This document shows positions 30,736 to 39,495 of a stretch of DNA of 64,000 nucleotides, piece by piece. Each line of letters opens with the position of its first letter. Position 1 is the stretch's first letter. The notes under the pieces are model-generated. The model saw only the letters and a program-made list of their open reading frames with translations, was not told the origin of the DNA and ran no database searches. Where the stretch lies: assembly GCA_035690365.1 (NCBI GenBank), contig DASSKP010000002.1:10983-74982 (forward strand). The letters are read 5' to 3'. The position numbers and the translations under genes were made by a program. This DNA comes from Mycobacteriales bacterium (GTDB taxonomy: Bacteria > Actinomycetota > Actinomycetes > JAFAQI01).

Positions 30736-32199
30736 GTGCATACGTTCGAGAAAACCCTGGAGTGGTTCGCGAACAACATCTTCAATGAGGTCGCGATCCT
30801 CATCGCCATCATCGTCCTGATCGGACTGGCGCTGCAGAAGAAGCGCGGTGACGAGATCATGTCCGGGGCAATCCGGGCAGCGGTCGGCGTCTATGCGATG
30901 TTCATCGGCATCGCCGTGTTCGTCGGCGGGTTGAGCGCCTTCCAGGCGATCACCGCCAGCGCCTTCGGCAAGACGCCACCGTCGTCGTTGCCGAAGTACT
31001 CGCTCGACAAGTTCATGGCCGACAAGGGAGCGGTCATCGCGATGGTCATCACCGTCGCGTTCCTGATGCACATCGCCATCGTGCGGCTGTTCAGGCTCAA
31101 GTTCGTCTACCTGACCGGCCACCTGATGTTCTGGATGAGCGTTGTCGTCACCGCCTCGCTGTCCGCCGGTTGGGCAGGCATGGGCAAGTGGACGATGATC
31201 CTCGTCGGCGCTGCGATCGTGGCGACGTACTGGACAGTCCAGCCGATCGTGCTCCAGAAGAAGATGGAGCGGGTCATCGGCTCTGACGACTGGGGCTACG
31301 GCCACACCAGCGCATCGGCGGCGTATCTGGGTGCAGCGATCGGCAAGCGGATCGGTGACCCGGAGCGGCAGGACACCGAGAAGCTGCACATGCCGCGTTG
31401 GCTGTCCTTCTTCAAGGACGTCAACGTCGCCACTGCCGTCGTGATCATGGCGATCATGCTCATCGCGATGGCCTTCGCGGACCCGAAGGTCTACGACGCT
31501 CAGGCCGCGACCTACAGCGCCACCATGAACCCGTGGGTGTGGGCAGTCGTGTCCGCGCTGCGCTTCGCAGGCGGGATCGCCGTCCTGCTGTTCGGTGTGC
31601 GGATGTTCCTCGCCGAGATCGTCCCGGCATTCAAGGGCATCAGCGACAAGGTCATCCCGGGCGCACGTCCGGCCCTGGACTGCCCGACGGTGTTCCCGTA
31701 CTCGCCCACCGCCGTGATGATCGGCTTCCTGTCGAGCACCGCGGTCTTCCTGGTCATGATGGCGCTCTTCCCGGCACTCGGCTGGTTCGGTGGATTCGTC
31801 CTCGTGCCGCCGATGATCATGCTCTTCTTCCCGGGTGGCGCGGCCGGCGTGTTCGGCAACAAGCACGGTGGTTGGCCGGGCGCGGTCGCAGGCGGTGCAG
31901 TCAACGGCCTGTTCCTCGCCTTTGGTCAGGCGATCACGTGGAACCTGCTGGTGCACAACGGCCCGCAGATGGCGACGCTCGCCGACCCCGACTGGTACAT
32001 CGTGAACTGGGCGATCCTGTTCGTCCGGCACCCGCTGGGCTTCGCTGACGGATACCAGGGCTTCGTGACGGTGTTCGGCTGGATCTTCACCGCCGTCGTC
32101 ATCTACGGCCTCTACTCGCTCTACAAGCGGCTCACGGGCCCGAAGGCGATTGTCCTGCCGTCCGCCCCGGCCGACGCGCGAGAGCTGACGAAGGTCTGA
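30736..32199 (+). CDS. PTS EIIC, L-ascorbate (UlaA/SgaT) family permease
   Basis: GTG 30736 lies 8 nt after AGGGAGG. It is a multi-TM protein with UlaA-like blocks (LTGHLMFWMS, GVRMFLAEIVPAFKGISDKVIPGA.PALDC, FFPGGAAGVFGNKHGGW). Confidence 0.85.
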   Translation: MHTFEKTLEWFANNIFNEVAILIAIIVLIGLALQKKRGDEIMSGAIRAAVGVYAMFIGIAVFVGGLSAFQAITASAFGKTPPSSLPKYSLDKFMADKGAVIAMVITVAFLMHIAIVRLFRLKFVYLTGHLMFWMSVVVTASLSAGWAGMGKWTMILVGAAIVATYWTVQPIVLQKKMERVIGSDDWGYGHTSASAAYLGAAIGKRIGDPERQDTEKLHMPRWLSFFKDVNVATAVVIMAIMLIAMAFADPKVYDAQAATYSATMNPWVWAVVSALRFAGGIAVLLFGVRMFLAEIVPAFKGISDKVIPGARPALDCPTVFPYSPTAVMIGFLSSTAVFLVMMALFPALGWFGGFVLVPPMIMLFFPGGAAGVFGNKHGGWPGAVAGGAVNGLFLAFGQAITWNLLVHNGPQMATLADPDWYIVNWAILFVRHPLGFADGYQGFVTVFGWIFTAVVIYGLYSLYKRLTGPKAIVLPSAPADARELTKV

Positions 32200-32223
32200 C
32201 GAAGGTCTGACGTCTGTCGTCAG
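32185..32223. repeat. 11-bp tandem duplication (CTGACGAAGGT x2 plus CTGACG) spanning the EIIC stop codon, ending in a CTGACG-N5-CGTCAG inverted repeat
   Basis: The units lie at 32185-32195 and 32196-32206, with a partial unit at 32207-32212. The inverted repeat is 32207-32212 / 32218-32223. Confidence 0.6.
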
Positions 32224-32245
32224 GCTCTGAGAAGGGACGCAGGAA

Positions 32246-32563
32246 ATGTCTGGACGCAAGGGCGTGGATGAGGACCTCGAGGTCCTGACCATCTGCGGCG
32301 TGGGCATGGGCACCTCGCTGATCATGCGAATGACCGCCGAGGACGTGTTCAAGCAGCTGGGCATCCGCGCCCACGTCCAGGCCACCGACGTGTCGTCGGC
32401 GCGCGGAATGCACGCCGACATGCTGATCGGTCAGGCCATGCACACCGAGGAGTTCGTCGGACGTGGACCCGTGGTCGTGACCGTGGAGAACTTCATCGAC
32501 AAGAACGAGATGACCGCCAAGATTCTCGCCGGACTGGAGTCAGCAGGATGGCGAGCGGCGTAG
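32246..32563 (+). CDS. PTS EIIB (UlaB/lactose-type IIB)
   Basis: It is 105 aa. The phospho-Cys loop is LTICGVGMGTSLIM. Confidence 0.8.
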   Translation: MSGRKGVDEDLEVLTICGVGMGTSLIMRMTAEDVFKQLGIRAHVQATDVSSARGMHADMLIGQAMHTEEFVGRGPVVVTVENFIDKNEMTAKILAGLESAGWRAA

Positions 32564-33009
32564 GGACCGCCACCTGCGTCTCGGCGCAGGTGCAGGTGCC
32601 CGCACAGGATTGGGCGGCAGCCGTCAGGGCCGCCGCCCGATTGCTGTCCGCAGCCGGCGCCGTCTCCGAGCAGTACGTCGACCGGTGCGTCGAGATCGTC
32701 CGGGAACACGGGCCGTACATCGTCGTCGCTCCCGGCATCGCGTTGGCGCACGCCCGACCTGAGGACGGCGCACACGCGCTCGGTCTGGCGGCCGTCCACC
32801 TAGCGGCGCCGGTCCGGTTCGGCCACCCGAGCTTCGACCCCGTGGACGTCGTACTCGCTTTCAGTTCGCCCGACCGCGACGCCCACGTGGGGCTCGTGGC
32901 CGCACTTGCCCGGGCGCTCACCGCCGGTCTCGCGGACCGGTTGCGCGCCGCGCCCACAGATGACGCAGCCACCGCGCTGCTCCGAGAGGTGACGGACGAT
33001 GACCGATAG
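32548..33009 (+). CDS. PTS EIIA (EIIA-2, UlaC/mannitol-fructose type)
   Basis: It has YVDRCVEIVREHGPYIVVAPGIALAHARPEDG, with a phospho-His in the IALAHAR context. It overlaps the IIB 3-prime end by 16 nt. Confidence 0.8.
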   Translation: MASGVGTATCVSAQVQVPAQDWAAAVRAAARLLSAAGAVSEQYVDRCVEIVREHGPYIVVAPGIALAHARPEDGAHALGLAAVHLAAPVRFGHPSFDPVDVVLAFSSPDRDAHVGLVAALARALTAGLADRLRAAPTDDAATALLREVTDDDR

Positions 33010-33724
33010 CAGCTTCGGCGAGCAGATGCGCTCGCATCTCGCCATGGTCGAGCAGACCAATGCTGAGGCGCTGGACGGCGTCGCCGGCATGATGCTCGAC
33101 GTCGTACGTCGCGACGGGCTGATCCACGTCGGTGGCACCGGCCACTCGTGCGCGCTGATGCTCGAGGGCTTCTACCGCGCCGGTGGCCTGGCATGCGTCC
33201 AGCCGCTCTACCACCCGGCTTTGCTGCCGTTGCACGGCGGCGAGGACAGCACGCTCGCCGAGAAGACGAGCGGGTTCGCGAAGATCCTGGTGGACCGCTA
33301 CTCGCCGTCCGCAGAGGATCTCGCCTTCGTGTTCTCCAACTCCGGTGTCAACGCGGTGCCGGTGGAGCTGGCGGACGAGCTCAAGCGGGCCGGCACCCCG
33401 GTCGTCGCCGTCGTCTCCATGACTCACCTGAAGGCCGCTCCGCTGCGCGGAGACCACAAGATCGACGCGGTGGCGGACGTCGTCATCAACACGCTGGTGC
33501 CGTACGGCGACGCCGCCTACCCGACGGCGGACGGGACGCCCACCGCCGGCCTGTCGTCGCTGTCGTGCGTCTTCGTCTGGAACCTGCTGCTGACCCGGCT
33601 CGCCGACCTCGCCGCAACCGCGGGAGTTCGGCTGCCGATCTTCACCAGCTCCAACGTGGCCGGCGGCGCCGAACGCAACGTCGAGCTGTTCAAGCACTAC
33701 CGGCCGCGGGTGCGCGCGCTGTGA
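32999..33724 (+). CDS. SIS-domain protein, UPF0309-like
   Basis: The GLIHVGGTGHSCALMLEGFYRAGGLACVQPLYHPALL pattern matches the UPF0309 SIS family as recalled. It overlaps the EIIA stop by 11 nt. Confidence 0.7.
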   Translation: MTDSSFGEQMRSHLAMVEQTNAEALDGVAGMMLDVVRRDGLIHVGGTGHSCALMLEGFYRAGGLACVQPLYHPALLPLHGGEDSTLAEKTSGFAKILVDRYSPSAEDLAFVFSNSGVNAVPVELADELKRAGTPVVAVVSMTHLKAAPLRGDHKIDAVADVVINTLVPYGDAAYPTADGTPTAGLSSLSCVFVWNLLLTRLADLAATAGVRLPIFTSSNVAGGAERNVELFKHYRPRVRAL

Positions 33725-34746
33725 GCACGCTGCTCGCGCCCTCCCGCATGGCCGCGGACATGGCCGAGCAGCCTGCTGTCCTTCGGCGGTTCGCCGCGCG
33801 CCGTGCGGGTCTGCACGTCCAGATCGGCCGGGTCATCCCGGAGAAGCTGGCCGGTGTCGCCTTTGTCGGGCGTGGCTCGTCGGCGAACGCGGCGACCGTG
33901 GGCAAGGTCATGGTCGAGCTCGCGTCGGGACGTCCCACGGTGATGGTGTCGCCGAGCCTCGACCGGCTCTACGACGCCCACACCGACTATCGGGGATGGC
34001 TCGCTGTCGGGCTTAGCCTGTCGGGCCGGACACCGGAGGTGGCGTCGACGCTTCAGGACCTGCACTCCCGCGGTGCCGCGACGATTGCCGTCACCGATGA
34101 CGGGGAGTCCGTTCTCGCCGACGGAGCGGATCTCACGATCTGGCTCGGCACCGGCCCGGAGCAGGCGGTGCCGACGACAAAAGGCTTCACCGCGCAGCTG
34201 GCCACGCTGATCGTCCTCGCCGAGACACTCGGCGACTGCTCGCTGCCGGTCGACGCGTGGGCCGCCGTGGCCGAAGCCGCGCACAGCGTCCTCGACGACG
34301 GGCCGGCCGCCGAGGCGGCAGCCCGAGGGCTCCTGGACGTGACGCACCTGTCGGTCGTCGGGGCAGGGGCCTACGTCGGGATAGCGGACGAGATCGCGCT
34401 GAAGTTCCAGGAGGCGGCGCTGGTTGCGGCGTCTGCGCATTCGTCGGCGTCGTACCGACATGGGCCCATCGCGATGGCCGGCCCGGGTCATCCGCTCGTC
34501 GCGATCGTGGGCCCTGGGCGGGCCGGTGCGGAAACGGCCCGGCTGGCGTCCGAAGTAGCGGCGCGCGGTGCTCCGGTGCTCGTCATTGGTGACCGCGGCA
34601 AGCTCCCCGTGCCCAACACCCTGCCGGAGTGGCTGGCGACCATCCCCACCGTCGTGCGGGGACAGCAGCTCGCGCTGGCGCTCGCGGTCGCGAAGGGGAT
34701 CGACCCCGACCAGCCGCCGACACTGTCGAAGGTGACGCTGACATGA
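33721..34746 (+). CDS. Double-SIS sugar-phosphate isomerase/deaminase (GlmS C-terminal / AgaS / FrlB-like)
   Basis: GTG 33721 overlaps the previous stop (GTGA). It has GRGSSANAA, SLSGRTPEV, VPTTKGFTAQLA and a second SIS half (VVGAGAYVGIADEIALKFQE). Confidence 0.75.
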   Translation: MSTLLAPSRMAADMAEQPAVLRRFAARRAGLHVQIGRVIPEKLAGVAFVGRGSSANAATVGKVMVELASGRPTVMVSPSLDRLYDAHTDYRGWLAVGLSLSGRTPEVASTLQDLHSRGAATIAVTDDGESVLADGADLTIWLGTGPEQAVPTTKGFTAQLATLIVLAETLGDCSLPVDAWAAVAEAAHSVLDDGPAAEAAARGLLDVTHLSVVGAGAYVGIADEIALKFQEAALVAASAHSSASYRHGPIAMAGPGHPLVAIVGPGRAGAETARLASEVAARGAPVLVIGDRGKLPVPNTLPEWLATIPTVVRGQQLALALAVAKGIDPDQPPTLSKVTLT

Positions 34747-35006
34747 CAGTCGCGAGCCCCGTACGCCGTGAGGTGACCGTCACCGCCGAGGCGGGGCTGC
34801 ACGCGCGTCCCGCCGCCGACTTCGCGGCCGCCGCGGGGCGCTACGCCGCCGAGGTGCACGTCACCAAAGGCGAGCGCACTGCCGACGGCAAGTCGGTGTT
34901 GCTGCTGTTGACTCTCGACGTGCGTCGCGGCGACAGCGTTGTCATCGAAGCGACCGGCTCCGATGCTCTCGCCGCGGTTGACACCCTGTGTGGCTTGGTG
35001 ACGTGA
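34743..35006 (+). CDS. ptsH: Phosphocarrier protein HPr
   Basis: It is 87 aa. The active-site His context is AEAGLHARPAADF. ATG overlaps the upstream stop (ATGA). Confidence 0.85.
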   Translation: MTVASPVRREVTVTAEAGLHARPAADFAAAAGRYAAEVHVTKGERTADGKSVLLLLTLDVRRGDSVVIEATGSDALAAVDTLCGLVT

Positions 35007-36685
35007 TGCAGACCCTGAAGGGTCTTTCTGCGTCACCCGGCGCGGTGGCGGCAGCGGTCTACCGCTATGAGCCCGACCGTTACGACATCCCGGCGAGCTG
35101 GGCCGACAGTCCCGAGAAGGCGAATGCCGAGCTCGCTGCGGCGCTCGACGAGGTGGCGGCAGGCTTCACGGCTGCGGCGACGAACGCCAGTGGTGAAGTC
35201 GCGGACATCCTCCGCGCGCAGGCGGCGATCGCCGCCGACCCCGCCTTGCGACGGAGTGCGGCGGCGGACATCGAGGTCGGCGTCCATCCGGCGCGGGCGC
35301 TGCTCGACGCCGGTGACCGGTTCGCCGGCGAGCTCGAGCACTCGGGCAACGCCTACCTGAGTGCGCGAGCCCCCGACGTGCGTCACATCTGCGACGCCGC
35401 AGCCAGGCGACTGGTCGGCGCTCCCTCCCGGCAACCGCCGCAGCCGGTCGAGCCGTGCGTGCTCCTGGCGACCGACCTCATGCCGGTCGACACGGCCGGC
35501 CTGACCACCGATCTCGTCCGGGGCCTTGCCACGGTTCGTGGCAGCCGCACGTCACACACGTCGGTGATCGCGCGTTCGCTGGGCATCCCCGCGGTTGTCG
35601 GTGTGATCGGCTTGCTCGACGCGGCCGCGGCCGCGACGCAGGTGGCCATCGACGGTGCGACCGGCGAGGTGATCCTCGACCCCGACGCCGCTGCTCTCGA
35701 ACGGATCGCGCGGGCACGGGATGCGCAGCACCTGCAACGCGCGCGCTTGCGAGCCGCTGCCGGCACCGGCGCGACCGTCACTGCGGACGGGCTGCACATC
35801 GAGGTGGCCGCCAACGTCTCAGGAATCGAGGAGCTCGGCACCGCGCTCGACCAAGGCGCCGAGGCCGTCGGACTGCTTCGCACCGAGCTTCTCTACCGGG
35901 GGCGTCGTGAGCCGCCGACCGAACGCGAGCAGGTAGAGCTGCTCGAGGCGATGCGCGAGCGTCTCGGTCCGCGGCGACTGCTGGTGCGCACCTTCGACAT
36001 CGGCTCGGACAAGACCGTGCCGTTCCTTCCGGTGCGACCCGAACGGAACCCCGAGCTCGGTCTGCGGGGGATCCGGCTCGCCCGGACGCACCCCGAGCTC
36101 CTCGACACCCAGCTGTGGGCGATCGCGTCGGTCGCCGAGACGGGTCCGACCGCCGTGATGGCGCCGATGGTCGCGACTGTCGACGACGCGCGATGGTTCC
36201 GGTCGAGGGTCGAGGCGTCCGGGATGCCGTCGTCCGTCGAGGTCGGCGTCATGGTGGAGGTGCCCGCACTGGCGTTGATCGCCGACCAGCTGGCGCCGTA
36301 CGTCGACTTCGTCTCGATCGGCACCAACGACCTCGGTCAGTCCCTGTTCGCCGCGGACCGGCGGGACGAAGCCATGGCCGACCTTCTCGACCCGTTCGCG
36401 CCGGCGCTGCTTCGTGCCGTGGCCGGCATCTGTCGTGGGATGCACGGCCACGGCTGGGTGGGGGTCTGCGGCGAGGCTGCGAGCGATCCGGCATGGGCCC
36501 TGCTGGCAGTGGGCCTCGGGGTGACGGAGCTTTCGATGCAGGCGGTTGCGGTGCCCGAGGTTCGCGCTGCCCTGCGCGGGGCCACTGCTGACGATTGTCG
36601 GGTGGTGGCGGCCTGCGCGCTGGACGCTGCCGACGCCCATGAGGCTCGGCTGATGGCGAGCAGTCTCGTGAAGGAGTTGCCATGA
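35006..36685 (+). CDS. ptsI: PEP-protein phosphotransferase (enzyme I)
   Basis: LKGLSASPGAVAA..., the phospho-His region GSRTSHTSVIARSLGIPAVVG, and the PEP-utilising C-terminus FVSIGTNDLGQ. The start (GTG 35003 or ATG 35006) overlaps the HPr stop. Confidence 0.85.
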   Translation: MQTLKGLSASPGAVAAAVYRYEPDRYDIPASWADSPEKANAELAAALDEVAAGFTAAATNASGEVADILRAQAAIAADPALRRSAAADIEVGVHPARALLDAGDRFAGELEHSGNAYLSARAPDVRHICDAAARRLVGAPSRQPPQPVEPCVLLATDLMPVDTAGLTTDLVRGLATVRGSRTSHTSVIARSLGIPAVVGVIGLLDAAAAATQVAIDGATGEVILDPDAAALERIARARDAQHLQRARLRAAAGTGATVTADGLHIEVAANVSGIEELGTALDQGAEAVGLLRTELLYRGRREPPTEREQVELLEAMRERLGPRRLLVRTFDIGSDKTVPFLPVRPERNPELGLRGIRLARTHPELLDTQLWAIASVAETGPTAVMAPMVATVDDARWFRSRVEASGMPSSVEVGVMVEVPALALIADQLAPYVDFVSIGTNDLGQSLFAADRRDEAMADLLDPFAPALLRAVAGICRGMHGHGWVGVCGEAASDPAWALLAVGLGVTELSMQAVAVPEVRAALRGATADDCRVVAACALDAADAHEARLMASSLVKELP

Positions 36686-37782
36686 CCAGGCTCGGTGTGG
36701 CTGCATCGATCGTCGACGACCAGCTCGTTCGCGGAGACGTCGAGATCAGCGACGGTGTCGTCACGGCCGTCGGCGTGAGTCCGGCTGGGCGGTCGGGCAT
36801 CGCTGCTCCGGGCTTCATCGACCTGCAGGTGAACGGTTTCGGTGACGTGGACTTCCTGTCGACGAACGTCGACGGTTACCGGCAGGCAGCCGAGGTGCTC
36901 CTGTCGACCGGCGTCACGTCGTTCCAGCCGACCCTCGTATCGGCTCCGGTCGAGACCTTGGTCGACGCCCTCGACGTCGTGGCGAAGGCGCTGCCCACGC
37001 TGGGAGTGCGCATTCTCGGTGTGCATCTCGAGGGCCCGTTCCTCGCGCCGAAGTGGAAGGGGGCGCACGACGAGCGCTGGATCATCCCGGCGGACATCGG
37101 CATCGCCGAGCGACTGTGTGCAGGTGGACTCGTCACGACCCTGACCCTGGCGCCGGAGCAGCCAGGCGGTATGGACCTGTTGCGCTGGCTCGTCGCGCAC
37201 GGCGTGCTGGTGTCGGTCGGACACAGCGACGCCGATGCTGCTGCCGCCCACGAGGCGTACGACGCCGGCGCCCGCTCCGTCACGCATCTGCACAACGCGC
37301 AGCGTCGGTTCACTGCGCGCGACCCCGGCTTGTCTGCCGTCGCGATGACCCGCAACGACGTCACGGTCGAGCTGATCCCGGACTTCGTGCATCTGGCTCG
37401 GGAGACAGTCCTGCTCGCCTGGCGGGCGGCGGGACGTCGGCTGGCGGTCGTGACCGACGCCATCTCCGCCGCACCACGCTCCACGGGCGTCTTCCAACTC
37501 GGGGACCGCACGATCGTCGTCAGCGAGGACGCCGCCCGCTTGGCGGACGGAACGCTGGCGGGCAGTGTCCTGTCGATGGACAAGGCGGTGCGCAACCTCG
37601 TCGAGCTCGGAATTCCCCTGGAAGAAGCGGTGCGAGCCGCGACCACCGTGCCCGCCCGGCTGCACGGCCGGGAGGACATCGCGACGTTGCGCCCGGGCAC
37701 CACAGCGGACGTCGTCGTCCTGGACGATGCGCTTGTTCCTCTGCGCACGCTGAGGGACGGCGCCGAGGTGTGGGCGCGCTGA
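36682..37782 (+). CDS. nagA: N-acetylglucosamine-6-phosphate deacetylase family amidohydrolase
   Basis: APGFIDLQVNGFGDVDF, GVHLEGPFL, VSVGHSDA and VTHLHNA are NagA/AgaA hallmarks. ATG overlaps the ptsI stop (ATGA). Confidence 0.8.
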   Translation: MTRLGVAASIVDDQLVRGDVEISDGVVTAVGVSPAGRSGIAAPGFIDLQVNGFGDVDFLSTNVDGYRQAAEVLLSTGVTSFQPTLVSAPVETLVDALDVVAKALPTLGVRILGVHLEGPFLAPKWKGAHDERWIIPADIGIAERLCAGGLVTTLTLAPEQPGGMDLLRWLVAHGVLVSVGHSDADAAAAHEAYDAGARSVTHLHNAQRRFTARDPGLSAVAMTRNDVTVELIPDFVHLARETVLLAWRAAGRRLAVVTDAISAAPRSTGVFQLGDRTIVVSEDAARLADGTLAGSVLSMDKAVRNLVELGIPLEEAVRAATTVPARLHGREDIATLRPGTTADVVVLDDALVPLRTLRDGAEVWAR

Positions 37783-37819
37783 ACGCTCCGGTCGTGCCGC
37801 CGCAGGACATGATGGGTCC

Positions 37820-38656
37820 GTGACGCCCGACGAGCCCGCCGCTGACGAGTTGTCGGCGGCTGTCGTGCCGCCGCTGCCTTATGCCACGCCGGCCGAGACG
37901 CTGCGCGACCGGCTGCGGAAGCTGTTCGCACCGGTCATCGCCGCGGGTGCGTTCCTGGTGAAGTTCGGCGCTGTTCTCTTCAAGCTCAAGGCGCTCGCTG
38001 TCATCGGGACGATGGGTGTGTCGGTGGCGGCGTACGCATTGTTGTGGGGCTGGAAGTTCGCTATCGGCTTCGTCCTGCTCATCTTCGTGCACGAGATGGG
38101 GCACGCCGTGATGTTGCGGCGGCGCGGGATCAAGGCGGGTCTGCCGATCTTTCTGCCGTTCCTGGGTGCGTTCATCTCGATGAAGTCGCAGCCGGCATCG
38201 GTCTACGAGGAGGCGGAGTCGGCGCTCGCGGGGCCGGTGGCCGGAACGCTCGGCGCCTTCGTGGTCTGGTGGGCAGGGGAGGCGATCAACTCACCGATGC
38301 TCGTCAGCCTCGCGTTCACGGGCTTCCTGCTCAATCTGTTCAACCTGCTGCCTGCGCTCCCGCTCGACGGCGGTCGCGTCGCCGGTGCGCTGCACCCGGT
38401 GATCTGGCTGCTCGGGCTCGGTGTGCTCGTTGTCGCGGAGTTCCTTCGGCCCAGTCCGGTCATCCCCGTGATCATCCTGCTCGGCGGGTTCGAGCTGTGG
38501 CGGCGCTGGCGAGACCGCGGTTCGGCGGCATCGCAGGTCTACTTCGCGCTCGAGCCCCGGCAGCGGTGGCGGATCGGCGGCGCCTACCTCGGACTCGTCG
38601 TTGTTCTTCTGATCGCGATGCATGCGGCTTACCTGCCGCGCTCACTGCCCAACTGA
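37820..38656 (+). CDS. Site-2 protease family (peptidase M50) membrane metalloprotease
   Basis: HEMGHAV (HExxH) and the LFNLLPALPLDGGRV motif are present, with multiple TM segments. Confidence 0.8.
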   Translation: MTPDEPAADELSAAVVPPLPYATPAETLRDRLRKLFAPVIAAGAFLVKFGAVLFKLKALAVIGTMGVSVAAYALLWGWKFAIGFVLLIFVHEMGHAVMLRRRGIKAGLPIFLPFLGAFISMKSQPASVYEEAESALAGPVAGTLGAFVVWWAGEAINSPMLVSLAFTGFLLNLFNLLPALPLDGGRVAGALHPVIWLLGLGVLVVAEFLRPSPVIPVIILLGGFELWRRWRDRGSAASQVYFALEPRQRWRIGGAYLGLVVVLLIAMHAAYLPRSLPN

Positions 38657-38665
38657 CCCAACTGA
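38648..38665. repeat. 9-bp tandem duplication CCCAACTGA x2 giving an in-frame double stop
   Basis: The M50 gene ends ...CCC AAC TGA CCC AAC TGA. The units lie at 38648-38656 and 38657-38665. Confidence 0.6.
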
Positions 38666-38701
38666 CGCGGAGCTGCGGCGAGGGCCCCCTCGGTGGGGTG
38701 A

Positions 38702-38755
38702 GATTTCCGGGATGCCCTGGTGGCATCTTTATGCCAGGTGGGCATCCCCGAAATT
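38702..38755. other. Long imperfect hairpin (about 20 bp paired) in the M50/hypothetical intergenic region
   Basis: Hand pairing gives three stems. 38721-38726 pairs with 38731-38736 (6 bp, loop CTTT), then a 3x3 internal loop. 38709-38717 pairs with 38740-38748 (9 bp, GGGATGCCC/GGGCATCCC), then one mismatch. 38703-38707 pairs with 38750-38754. The local sequence is AT-richer than its surroundings, and no U-tract follows. Confidence 0.45.
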
Positions 38756-38809
38756 CCGCCCTACACAGGGTCGAGGTCGGCGTCAGCTCGCGCCAGCAAC
38801 ATGTGAGGG

Positions 38810-39484
38810 GTGCACGTGTCGTTCGCGCTCTCGTCGGACGAGGAGCAGCCGTCGAGCACCCGACGGCGATGGGTGATCACCGGCCTGCTCGCCGTCCCGT
38901 TCCTCGCAGCCGGCTTGTTCCTTGCGTTCACGGGTGGCGGCGGTACGTCGACACCCGGCGAGACGCGTGCATCGACGCCGGTGCAGGTCGGCTGCGACAC
39001 AGGCAGGGGCCGTGGCCTCACCGGCATCGGCGCGACGCCGCTCGACTGGGCTGCTCATCACGTGGCGACCTACGACCCGCCGTCCGGTCCGCAGACCAGG
39101 TGGAACCCGCGTCCGGACCTGCCGCGTTTCCGTGGCCACGAGGGCGCCGTCTACAACGACACCCGGTTCTTCGACGCCTGCGCCGCCAGCAGCTACTACC
39201 TGCAGCTCGCACGCGCTGTGCCGGAGGCCGCGGGGTTGGCGCGCGGGTTGAAGGAGCTGCCAGACGATGCGCGTGTCACCTGGCGCCGCACGCGGACTCG
39301 ATGCAGCGAGTACGGCGTCAGCAGCGACCGGCTCGTCGCCGCGCTGAAGGCTCGCGACCGCTACCCGGCCAGCACCAGGGTGCTCATTCAGCTGCTGCAT
39401 CGGCGGGCGTCCCGGACGACCTCCCAGATCGCGCTCCGGATCGTCCTCGCGCCGCAACTCTCCAGCACCCCCTGCCCGACCTGA
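38810..39484 (+). CDS. Hypothetical membrane-anchored protein
   Basis: ORF 38810..39484. GC3 is high, there is one N-terminal TM segment (WVITGLLAVPFLAAGLFLAF), and I recognise no family. Confidence 0.5.
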   Translation: MHVSFALSSDEEQPSSTRRRWVITGLLAVPFLAAGLFLAFTGGGGTSTPGETRASTPVQVGCDTGRGRGLTGIGATPLDWAAHHVATYDPPSGPQTRWNPRPDLPRFRGHEGAVYNDTRFFDACAASSYYLQLARAVPEAAGLARGLKELPDDARVTWRRTRTRCSEYGVSSDRLVAALKARDRYPASTRVLIQLLHRRASRTTSQIALRIVLAPQLSSTPCPT

Positions 39485-39495
39485 CCCCGGGCTCT

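Noticed and set aside
30607-32421. 604-aa minus-strand ORF opposite the PTS IIC gene
   Set aside because: Its composition is His/Asp/Arg/Gly-rich and low-complexity. It is exactly antisense to a clearly recognisable UlaA-like permease, so it is a shadow ORF.
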